DNA from: Spirochaetia bacterium
Lineage (GTDB): Bacteria; Spirochaetota; Spirochaetia; SZUA-6; Fen-1364
Reading direction: 5' to 3'
Length of the DNA: 64,000 nt
Assembly: GCA_035542415.1 (NCBI GenBank)
Contig: DATKLM010000076.1
Span: 8,036 to 72,035, forward strand
In this document: in pieces, positions 45,292-52,868 of the stretch
Numbering within the stretch: the first letter of the stretch is position 1
Layout: each line of letters opens with the position of its first letter
The notes under the pieces: model-generated
What the model saw: only the letters and a program-made list of their open reading frames with translations
Database searches by the model: none
Told to the model about the DNA's origin: nothing
Made by a program: the position numbers and the translations under genes

Positions 45292-45384
45292 AAGCCCATG
45301 GACGGGCGAAGGGCGGATGCATGCGCACAGGGAGGTACAAGCAGACGCCCAAGGCACCAACACGGGTCAAAACCAGAACACTCG

Positions 45385-45471
45385 CGGAGAGAGTGGGATT
45401 CGAACCCACGGAGCCGCAAGCGGCTCAACGGTTTTCGAGACCGCCCGATTCGACCGCTCTCGCATCTCTCC
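45385..45471 (-). tRNA. tRNA-Ser (anticodon CGA)
   Basis: Acceptor GGAGAGA/UCUCUCC, anticodon stem GCGGU/ACCGU, loop CUCGAAA, long variable arm, GGUUCGAAUCC T-loop. Confidence 0.9.
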
Positions 45472-45481
45472 GAATCTCAAA

Positions 45482-45516
45482 GGCGGCCGCCTGCATTCCC
45501 CCTGCAAGCGGCCGCC
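45482..45516 (-). terminator. 14-bp GC-rich hairpin (two GCGGCCGC motifs) between tRNA-Arg and tRNA-Ser(CGA), followed by UUUGAGAUU on the minus strand
   Basis: GGCGGCCGCUUGCA-GGGGGAA-UGCAGGCGGCCGCC with one G.U pair. It may be an internal attenuator, terminator or processing signal. Confidence 0.35.
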
Positions 45517-45523
45517 CTGTCTC

Positions 45524-45598
45524 CGTGCCCAAGAGGATTCGAACCTCCGACCTTTAGATCCGCAGTCTAATGCTCTATCCAGGCTGAGCTATGGGCAC
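45524..45598 (-). tRNA. tRNA-Arg (anticodon GCG)
   Basis: Acceptor GUGCCCA/UGGGCAC, D-arm GCUC/GAGC, anticodon stem UUAGA/UCUAA, loop CUGCGGA, short variable loop, T-arm GGAGG/CCUCU. Confidence 0.85.
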
Positions 45599-45673
45599 AC
45601 ACCAGCTCTGTTTTTCGCGAATCGCTGGCTACGGGCTCGCTGTCGGGCTTCCCTGCCCTCGCTCGCCCTCGTA

Positions 45674-45761
<88 letters not shown>

Positions 45762-45854
45762 AGTTCCAGTAACCCCTCGACAGGCACCCCCGGCGTTCGG
45801 GAGAAACGACCTCTATTCCTCTCTCATCGTCAAGGAAGGCATGGGAAATGTGAC

Positions 45855-45941
45855 CGGAGAGGGAGGGATTCGAACCCCCGGAACCGCAAGCGGCTCAACG
45901 GTTTTCAAGACCGCCTCCTTCGACCACTCGGACACCTCTCC
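45855..45941 (-). tRNA. tRNA-Ser (anticodon UGA)
   Basis: Acceptor GGAGAGG/CCUCUCC, anticodon stem GCGGU/ACCGU, loop CUUGAAA, long variable arm. Confidence 0.9.
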
Positions 45942-46017
45942 CCACGTGAGGCGCAGGGGCACCGGTGAAGCAAAACCGCGTGACTCCACGACTTGCACGC
46001 TTGTACTGGCAGTGCTG

Positions 46018-46046
46018 ACTATACTCACGGGGTCCGGCTTTGTCAA
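46018..46046 (-). promoter_or_regulatory. Consensus sigma70 promoter of the tRNA / SRP-RNA cluster (TTGACA-N17-TATAGT) with an A/T-rich upstream tract
   Basis: Minus strand reads ccgttttaTTGACAaagccggaccccgtgagTATAGT, about 70 nt before the first tRNA. Confidence 0.6.
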
Positions 46047-46092
46047 TAAAACGGATTGCCGGCGGCCACAACAAGGCGGTCTGCAGAGCGCT

Positions 46093-46959
46093 TCACCTTC
46101 GCAGAAGAAGCTGAAGAACCCTTTCAAGGTCATCCGCGGAATAGTACGAGATCTGGATTCGCCCCTTCCGGCCCGTCCCGTTGATGTCGACTTTCGTGCC
46201 CAGCCTTTCGATGAGCTTCTGCTCCACGTCGCGGATCTCCGGGTCCTTGCGCGCACCGGCCGCAGGAGCACCGCCTTTCCTGGCAGCGCCGCGCTTTCCG
46301 CTGTTGAGGGCGGCAGCAGCCTCCTCCGCCTCGCGAACGGAAATCCCCTTGTCGATCACACGGCGAAGGAGCACCTGCTGGTCCGCAGGGTTCACGAGCA
46401 TCAGGATCGCCCGCGCGTGCCCGGCGGTGAGATCCCCCTTGCCCAGCGCTTCCTGCGCTTCTGCCGGGAGCTTGAGAAGGCGCAGCGTGTTCGCCACCGT
46501 CGAGCGGTCCTTGCCCACGCGCGCAGCCATCTCCTCCTGGTTCAGGGCCGCAACTTCCATGAGGCGCTTGAAGGCGAGGGCCTGCTCTATCGGATTGAGA
46601 TCTTCGCGCTGGACGTTTTCAATCAGGGCGATCTCGAGTTTTTCTTCATCGCTGAACTGCCGCACAATGACCGGCAGCTTCTCCAGGCCGGCCATCCTGG
46701 CCGCGCGCACGCGCCGCTCTCCGGCAATGATCAGGTAGGTGCCGTCCGTGGAAGCCTCGGCGAGCACGGGCTGGAGGACCCCCTTCTGCCTGATGGAATC
46801 CGCGAGCTCACGCAGGGCCGCCTCATCGAAATCGCGTCGGGGCTGTTCCGGGTTGGACTTCAGCGCGGAGACGGGCACCTCGGCAACGGACGAAGGGTCC
46901 TGAGCCTCCTCCCCTCCCAGGAGAGCGCCGATACCCTTCCCGAGCGCTTTCTTAGACAT
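46093..46959 (-). CDS. parB: Chromosome partitioning protein ParB (Spo0J)
   Basis: Start at the ATG at 46959 (MSKKALGKGIGALL...). NPEQPRRDFDE, GVLQPV, IIAGERRVRAA and HTH motifs are present. The start overlaps the parA stop by 8 nt. Confidence 0.9.
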   Translation of the reverse strand: MSKKALGKGIGALLGGEEAQDPSSVAEVPVSALKSNPEQPRRDFDEAALRELADSIRQKGVLQPVLAEASTDGTYLIIAGERRVRAARMAGLEKLPVIVRQFSDEEKLEIALIENVQREDLNPIEQALAFKRLMEVAALNQEEMAARVGKDRSTVANTLRLLKLPAEAQEALGKGDLTAGHARAILMLVNPADQQVLLRRVIDKGISVREAEEAAAALNSGKRGAARKGGAPAAGARKDPEIRDVEQKLIERLGTKVDINGTGRKGRIQISYYSADDLERVLQLLLRR

Positions 46960-47707
46960 TGAGAAGGACCTCTTCGGCAAGCTTCTGGTAGCTGCGGGCC
47001 CCGATGCACTCGGGGTCGTACTGGCTGATTGGCTTGGAGAAGGAGGGCGCTTCACTGAGGCGGACGTTGCGCGGGATGATGGTCCGGAACACCTTGTCCT
47101 TGAAGTAGCCCGTGACTTCCTGGACGATCTCGTGCGCGAGGCGGGTCCTCACGTCGTACATCGTGAAGAGGATTCCGCCGATCTTCAGCTCCGGGTTCAG
47201 GCTCTTCTGAACCCTGCTGACCGTCTGGAGGAGAAGGCTCAGACCCTCCAGGGCGAAGTATTCACACTGCAGCGGTATGATGACGTAGTCCGCGGCGACC
47301 AGACCGTTGAGGGTCAGGAGGCCCAGGGACGGGGGACAGTCAATGAAGATGTAGTCAAACCGGTCGACCAGGGGGCGCAGGGAGCGCTTGAGGAAGTGCT
47401 CCCGATCCTTCTGCTCGACGAGCTCGACGGTTGCGCCGGTGAGATTGATGCTGGATGGAATGATGAAGAGGTTGGGCACCGAACAGGTCTGAATTGCCGC
47501 GGACGGATCTGCAGTCCCGGTGATCACCTCGTAAATGCCGGCACCGTTCTTTTTTGCTCCAACGCTGCTGCTGGTGTTGCTCTGGGGATCGAAATCCACG
47601 AGAAGAACCTTCTTTCCCGCCTGTGCGAGATATGCCCCGAGGTTGACGGCTGTGGTCGTCTTCCCGACCCCGCCTTTCTGATTGGCAAAGACTATGCTCT
47701 TCCCCAT
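46952..47707 (-). CDS. parA: Chromosome partitioning ATPase ParA (Soj)
   Basis: Deviant Walker A NQKGGVGKTTT, then VLLVDFDPQ and IPRNVRLSEAPSF. Confidence 0.95.
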   Translation of the reverse strand: MGKSIVFANQKGGVGKTTTAVNLGAYLAQAGKKVLLVDFDPQSNTSSSVGAKKNGAGIYEVITGTADPSAAIQTCSVPNLFIIPSSINLTGATVELVEQKDREHFLKRSLRPLVDRFDYIFIDCPPSLGLLTLNGLVAADYVIIPLQCEYFALEGLSLLLQTVSRVQKSLNPELKIGGILFTMYDVRTRLAHEIVQEVTGYFKDKVFRTIIPRNVRLSEAPSFSKPISQYDPECIGARSYQKLAEEVLLNV

Positions 47708-47799
47708 CGCCCCTCAGGAATACCCCTTTTTCCCCCTGCTGACAATACAACGGGACGGTAGAGAACTATACATGCGTTCCCCCTTTTTGCTGTCTGTCG

Positions 47800-47809
47800 A
47801 AAAAAAAAA
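47800..47809. repeat. A10/T10 homopolymer in the parA-nrdD divergent intergenic region
   Basis: Ten consecutive A on the plus strand, the longest homopolymer noticed in this GC-rich window. Confidence 0.9.
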
Positions 47810-47895
47810 CGCAGGGCCCTTGCGCCGGCTCCATCCATGCTGTATACCAAGGGCCGGTCTTCGACCGCGGAAACATCCTTGGGAGGGGAAAACGC

Positions 47896-50061
47896 GTGTT
47901 CGTCTCAATCAAAAAGCGCAACGGGATAGTTGTCCCTTTTCGCCCGGAGAAAATCACAGAAGCATTGCGGCGCGCCGGAGAAGCGACCGGTGAGTTCGAT
48001 GAGGACACGGCCCGAAAGTTGATGCTGAGGATTCTCACCCTCGCGCAACTTGCGCTGCCGGGAGAGATCCCGTCCGTCGAGCAGATCCAGGACATCGTGG
48101 AGGAGGTCCTCCTCTCCTCCCAGTACAAGCGCACGGCGAAGGCGTACATCCTCTACCGTGACCAGCACGCGCGCATGAGAGAGATCGTGTCGCGCGCGGA
48201 CGTGGACCTCATGGACCGCTACCTGGAAAGGGAAGACTGGCAGGTCAATGAAAACTCCAACATGGCCTACTCGCTCCAGGGCCTGAACAACTACGTCTCA
48301 TCGGAGATCAGCAAGATCTACTGGCTGAACAAGATCTACCCCCCTGAAGTGCGCGCCGCGCATGTCGACGGGGATTTTCACGTTCACGACCTCGGCATCC
48401 TCTCCGTCTATTGCGTGGGATGGGACCTGGAAGACCTTCTCATCCAGGGATTCACCGGCGCGCCGGGCAAGGTGGAGAGCCGGCCGGCCCGGCACCTGCG
48501 CAGCGCGCTCGGCCACGTCGTGAACTTCTTCTACACTCTCCAGGGAGAGGCCGCCGGCGCGCAGGCATTCTCCCACTTTGATACCCTGCTCGCCCCGTTC
48601 ATCCGATTCGATTCACTGGGCTTCAACGAGGTCAAGCAGGCGCTCCAGGAGTTCGTCTTCAACATCAATGTTCCGACGCGCGTGGGCTTCCAGACTCCCT
48701 TCACCAATGTGACCATGGATCTCAAGGTGCCGGCCATGCTGGCAGACAAGCCGGTGATCTGGGGAGGCGCCTACCGGGAAGAGCCGTACCGCGAGTTCCA
48801 GGAGGAGGTCACAATCTTCAACCGCGCCTTCCTTGAAGTCCTGTCGGAAGGGGATGCGCGGGGCCGGGTCTTCACGTTCCCCATTCCCACGTACAACATC
48901 ACCGGGGACTTCCCGTGGGACGACCCGTCCCTGGAGGTCCTGTGGCGCGTAACGGCCCGGTACGGGATTCCGTACTTCTCGAACTTCGTGAACTCGAACA
49001 TGTCGCCGGAAGACACGCGCTCCATGTGCTGCCGGCTCCGCCTGGACCTGAGAGACCTCCCGAGCCAGCCGGCCCTGGAGAAGCGGGGCGGCGGCCTCTT
49101 CGGCGCCAACCCGCTCACCGGTTCCATCGGCGTTGTCACCATCAACATGCCGCGCCTGGGATACCTTTCGGCGGACGAAGGGGAGCTCCTCGACAGGCTG
49201 GGAGCGCTCATGGAGCTGGCCAAGACCTCCCTTGAGATCAAGCGCAAGGTGCTCGAGCGCTTCACCGAGTCGAACCTCTACCCCTACACGAAGCACTACC
49301 TGCAGGGAATCCGGGAGAGATTCGGCCAGTACTGGAAGAACCACTTTTCGACGATCGGCCTCGTCGGCCTGAACGAGGCGTGCCTCAATCTTCTCGGCAC
49401 GAATATCGGCGCGGAGAAGGGCCAGCTGTTCGCCCTGCGCGTGCTGGACTTCATGAGAGAGCGGCTTCTCGCTTTCCAGGAAGAGACGGGCAGCAACTAC
49501 AACCTCGAGGCCACCCCGGCGGAGGGAACGTCCTACCGGCTGGCGCGCATCGACGCTGAGAAGTTCCCCGGGATCATCTCCGGCAACGCGTCGCGCCAGG
49601 CAGCAGAAGCGGGACCCGAATCTCGCGCGCCGCTGCCGTTCTACACGAACTCCTCCCAGCTTCCCGTTCAGTACTCGGATGACATCCTCGAGGTGCTCGA
49701 CCTGCAGGACGAGCTTCAGACCAAGTACACCGGGGGTACGGTCCTTCACCTGTTCGTCGGGGAGGAGATCACTGACCCCGGAAATGTCAGAAAGCTGGTG
49801 AAGCTCATCTGCGAGCGCTACCACCTTCCCTACTTCACCGTCACGCCGACCTTCAGTATCTGTCCGTCTCACGGCTACCTGTCGGGACGGCACGAGAGCT
49901 GCCCGTCGTGCGGGACGGCAACCGAAGTCTACTCGCGCGTCGTGGGATACCTGAGGCCGGTCAACCAGTGGAACGAAGGCAAGGCCGAGGAGTTCAGGGA
50001 GCGCAAGACGTTCAAGCTGACCTCGGCGGGATACCCGGCGCAGCAGACAGGGCCGCGCTGA
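47896..50061 (+). CDS. nrdD: Anaerobic ribonucleoside-triphosphate reductase (class III) with N-terminal ATP-cone
   Basis: GTG start. ATP-cone (KRNGIVVPFRPEKI), a C-terminal Zn ribbon (CPSHG...CPSCG) and the glycyl-radical motif RVVGYLRP. Confidence 0.9.
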   Translation: MFVSIKKRNGIVVPFRPEKITEALRRAGEATGEFDEDTARKLMLRILTLAQLALPGEIPSVEQIQDIVEEVLLSSQYKRTAKAYILYRDQHARMREIVSRADVDLMDRYLEREDWQVNENSNMAYSLQGLNNYVSSEISKIYWLNKIYPPEVRAAHVDGDFHVHDLGILSVYCVGWDLEDLLIQGFTGAPGKVESRPARHLRSALGHVVNFFYTLQGEAAGAQAFSHFDTLLAPFIRFDSLGFNEVKQALQEFVFNINVPTRVGFQTPFTNVTMDLKVPAMLADKPVIWGGAYREEPYREFQEEVTIFNRAFLEVLSEGDARGRVFTFPIPTYNITGDFPWDDPSLEVLWRVTARYGIPYFSNFVNSNMSPEDTRSMCCRLRLDLRDLPSQPALEKRGGGLFGANPLTGSIGVVTINMPRLGYLSADEGELLDRLGALMELAKTSLEIKRKVLERFTESNLYPYTKHYLQGIRERFGQYWKNHFSTIGLVGLNEACLNLLGTNIGAEKGQLFALRVLDFMRERLLAFQEETGSNYNLEATPAEGTSYRLARIDAEKFPGIISGNASRQAAEAGPESRAPLPFYTNSSQLPVQYSDDILEVLDLQDELQTKYTGGTVLHLFVGEEITDPGNVRKLVKLICERYHLPYFTVTPTFSICPSHGYLSGRHESCPSCGTATEVYSRVVGYLRPVNQWNEGKAEEFRERKTFKLTSAGYPAQQTGPR

Positions 50062-50079
50062 GGCGGTCCAGGACAGATC

Positions 50080-50772
50080 ATGACGATCGGCGGCTTCCAG
50101 AAGTTCTCCCTCATCGATTTTCCGGGCCGCGTGGCAGCTGTCGTGTTCACGCGCGGCTGCAACTTTCGCTGTCCCTACTGTCACAATCCTCAGCTCGTCG
50201 AGCCGGTCACGGGGGGGGCTGCCGTTTCCGAAGAGGCCGTGCTTTCATTCCTGGGCACCAGAGTCGGGAAGCTTGCGGGAGTCACCGTAACCGGGGGCGA
50301 GCCAACCATCCAGCCTGACATCGAGGAGTTCCTGGCAAAGCTGAAGGCCCTCGGTTTCGCCGTCAAGCTCGACACAAACGGGAGCGCCCCGCGCGTACTG
50401 GAGAGGATTCTCCGTGCCGGGCTTATGGACTACGTCGCTCTGGACCTCAAGGCCTCACCGGCGAGGTACGCCGAGGTGGCCGGGGTTACCGTGGACGTCG
50501 AAGACCTTCGAGCCAGCATCCAGGCAGTCGTGGCTTCCGGCATTCCTCATGAGCTTCGAATGACGTTCCTGGAAAGGATCCTTCCCTCGGAAGAGATCCC
50601 CGCTGTTGCGGAGCTGGCTCGAGGATGCGGACTCTTCGTGATCCAGCCCTTTCTGCCGTCGACGACGCTGGAGCCGCGGATGCGCGCCGAGCCGCGGCCC
50701 TCACTCGCCCAGATGAACGCGGTGTGCTCTCGCTTCAGGAGCCTCGGTCTACCGACCCGTGTCAGGGCCTGA
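50080..50772 (+). CDS. nrdG: Anaerobic RNR activating radical-SAM enzyme
   Basis: CNFRCPYCHN radical-SAM cluster motif, GVTVTGGEP, 230 aa, immediately downstream of nrdD. Confidence 0.85.
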   Translation: MTIGGFQKFSLIDFPGRVAAVVFTRGCNFRCPYCHNPQLVEPVTGGAAVSEEAVLSFLGTRVGKLAGVTVTGGEPTIQPDIEEFLAKLKALGFAVKLDTNGSAPRVLERILRAGLMDYVALDLKASPARYAEVAGVTVDVEDLRASIQAVVASGIPHELRMTFLERILPSEEIPAVAELARGCGLFVIQPFLPSTTLEPRMRAEPRPSLAQMNAVCSRFRSLGLPTRVRA

Positions 50773-50812
50773 TCATCGATGCCGCGCAATCCTTCCAGCT
50801 CTGCGCCGCGGC

Positions 50813-52333
50813 TCAGCCCAGCACCACTTGCTCTGCCGTGACAATAACGTTGTGCAGCACTGCCGGCGTGGCGGCGGTCTCCAGACGATCCTCGAGGTAG
50901 TCACTTTCGAATATCCCCGCGATGTGCGACAGCAGGATCTGGTGAATCCGCGGAGTGTCCGCAGGCGTCAGGAGGAGGAACAGCAGGTTGATGTCCTCCC
51001 CGGAGACGGGAGCAGGGATGGGCGCCTTCATCCGCGCGACGATCACCATGGGATCAGTCAGGCGCTTCAATCGCGCGTGGGGAATTGCCAGTCGCCGGCC
51101 CACGTAGCTGCTTCCCAGCCTTTCCCTCTCGGCGACGGAAAGCATGATGGCCTCTTTGGTGACGGGGAGCCCCGTCGTCTGGATGCGGTCCAGGGCATTG
51201 CGGGCCGCGCTCAGAATACTGTCCCCTTCGACGTCGAGAAGTGTGCGCTCAGGCGTAAGGAGGTCGGAGAGCCGGATCGGGGTCTCCGTCGGATACTCCT
51301 CCTCCACGGTCCCGATAACCTCCTCGATCGCGTCTTCAAGGGTAATGATCCCGCTCCACGCGCCATCAGGACCGAACACGAGGGCCATGTGGCAGGCCTT
51401 GCGCTGCATCTCCGAGAGCCGCTGCTCCAGAGAATCCTGCTCTCGGAACAGGAGGCAGGGACGCACGAAGGATTTCAGGTCATCGGTCTGCCTGCCGGCG
51501 CGTTCGGCAAGAAAGAGATCCTTGATGTGGACGTATCCGATCGGCCTGTCAGGATTGTCCGCGAGCAGCGGGTACCTCGAGTAGCGGTTATCCGCAATGA
51601 TCTGGTCCGTTTCCGCCCGGCCCTGGCTCGTGCTGAGACACCTCACCAGCCGCCTTGCTTTCATTGCGTTTCGGACCGTGAGCGTGCCCATGTCGAGGAC
51701 GTTCTCCAGGTGGAGGAGCCTGCGGAAGGACAGCGTGCCGCTTGACTGCGACTGGTCCAGGATGATTCGCAGCTCATCCTCGGAGTGGCTGCCCGGTCCG
51801 ACCGTAGGCGGAAGCCTGAAGACCCGCAGGATTCCGTTGACCGTCGAATTGAGCGTCCAGATCGGGATGATGAAGATGTAGCGAAAGACGAGCATTGGAT
51901 ACGCGGTGAGCAGCGCAGCGCCCTCCGTCTTCCTGATTGCAACTGACTTGGGCACAAGCTCACCGATCACGATATGCAGGAAGGATACGAGCAGGTATGC
52001 GATGGCGATGGCAAGACCATGTGCCGTGATCCGGGCGCCGAGCCCCGAGAGCCCGACGAACCGCACGACCGGTTCGAGAAGGCTTGCAAACGCGGGCTCC
52101 CCGACGAACCCCAGGCCGATACTGGCCAGGGTGATGCCCACCTGGCACACGGAAAGGTACTCATCCAGGTGCGTCTGGATCCGCTGCACGAGCTGCGCCC
52201 GGCGGTTTCCCCGGTCGGCGAGGGCTTCCATCTGAGTCGGACGCACCTTGACCATTGCGAACTCCGCAAGCACGAAGAAAGCGTTGAGAAGCAGGAGGAT
52301 CGCCGCACCAAGGAGATACGTGGCCAGAAGCAT
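50813..52333 (-). CDS. CNNM/DUF21 - CBS pair membrane protein with C-terminal PTS EIIA(Ntr/Fru)-like domain
   Basis: Start at the ATG at 52333 (MLLATYLLGAAILLLLNAFFVLAEFAMVK...). A 4-TM DUF21 module and a CBS pair are followed by ...RLGSSYVGRRLAIPHARL...NLLFLLLTP..., which resembles EIIA type 2 rather than the usual CorC_HlyC domain. Confidence 0.7.
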   Translation of the reverse strand: MLLATYLLGAAILLLLNAFFVLAEFAMVKVRPTQMEALADRGNRRAQLVQRIQTHLDEYLSVCQVGITLASIGLGFVGEPAFASLLEPVVRFVGLSGLGARITAHGLAIAIAYLLVSFLHIVIGELVPKSVAIRKTEGAALLTAYPMLVFRYIFIIPIWTLNSTVNGILRVFRLPPTVGPGSHSEDELRIILDQSQSSGTLSFRRLLHLENVLDMGTLTVRNAMKARRLVRCLSTSQGRAETDQIIADNRYSRYPLLADNPDRPIGYVHIKDLFLAERAGRQTDDLKSFVRPCLLFREQDSLEQRLSEMQRKACHMALVFGPDGAWSGIITLEDAIEEVIGTVEEEYPTETPIRLSDLLTPERTLLDVEGDSILSAARNALDRIQTTGLPVTKEAIMLSVAERERLGSSYVGRRLAIPHARLKRLTDPMVIVARMKAPIPAPVSGEDINLLFLLLTPADTPRIHQILLSHIAGIFESDYLEDRLETAATPAVLHNVIVTAEQVVLG

Positions 52334-52452
52334 CAGTACCTCATTCCTCGCCCTCGGTGTCCTGTGGGGACTCGCCACGGATGATTAGATTGCATTTTCA
52401 ATCCAAGAAAAAGGGCAGACCCACCTCCGGCGGTAAAAAACGGCGCGCAGGG

Positions 52453-52466
52453 GTTTCACGTGGAAC
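52453..52466. promoter_or_regulatory. parS-like site (GTTTCACGTGGAAC; 13/14 to core parS GTTTCACGTGAAAC) plus a perfect half-site GTGAAACA at 52473-52480
   Basis: Compared by eye with the canonical tGTTTCACGTGAAACa. The full 16-mer matches 13/16. About 5 kb from oriC and 5.5 kb from parB. Confidence 0.35.
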
Positions 52467-52495
52467 TTGACGGTGAAACAATGAGTGGATAGACT
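52467..52495 (+). promoter_or_regulatory. Predicted promoter (TTGACG-N17-TAGACT) ending 13 nt before the ATG at 52509
   Basis: Read directly. The region is locally AT-richer than its surroundings. Confidence 0.4.
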
Positions 52496-52508
52496 CGACT
52501 GAAGAAAC

Positions 52509-52832
52509 ATGACTGACTTCGAGGAAGGCTTTCTCTTGGGAATCCTCGTCGGAGAGGGCCATTTCGGCGGCGACGGCCTCCAGGCGCACGTAACCCTGCG
52601 AATGCACGTTCGACACGAGGCCCTTTTTCATCGCTTGCTTGCAAACATTCCTGGTTCCAAGCTGTACGGTCCTTACCATCACGGCGGCAGGGACTACTAT
52701 CAGTGGATGGTCAGGGGAAAACCACTTCGTCAAGAATTGCTACCCCTGCTTCGACGCCACTTTGAAGACATCGATGATCACGTTCGCCACCGGATCATGG
52801 ATATGATCGAGAGATACAAGCTCAACGACTAG
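52509..52832 (+). CDS. Small free-standing LAGLIDADG-like protein (107 aa)
   Basis: The N-terminal EGFLLGILVGEGHFGG matches the LAGLIDADG dodecapeptide (acidic residue retained as Glu). The following pattern (HVTLRMHV...ALFHRLLANIPGSKLYG...DYYQWMVRG.PLRQELLPLL) parallels the I-CreI-type core. Confidence 0.5.
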   Translation: MTDFEEGFLLGILVGEGHFGGDGLQAHVTLRMHVRHEALFHRLLANIPGSKLYGPYHHGGRDYYQWMVRGKPLRQELLPLLRRHFEDIDDHVRHRIMDMIERYKLND

Positions 52833-52868
52833 GATTCGGTAACGCGGCACAAGACAGTTCTGAACAGC

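Noticed and set aside
47740-47860. NrdR boxes upstream of nrdD (for example GAACTATACATGCGTT at about 47763 and GCTGTATACCAAG at about 47836).
   Set aside because: Only about 9/16 matches to the ACACTATATATAGTGT-type consensus. The two candidates are about 70 bp apart rather than the usual ~31-32 bp, and no nrdR gene is in the window.
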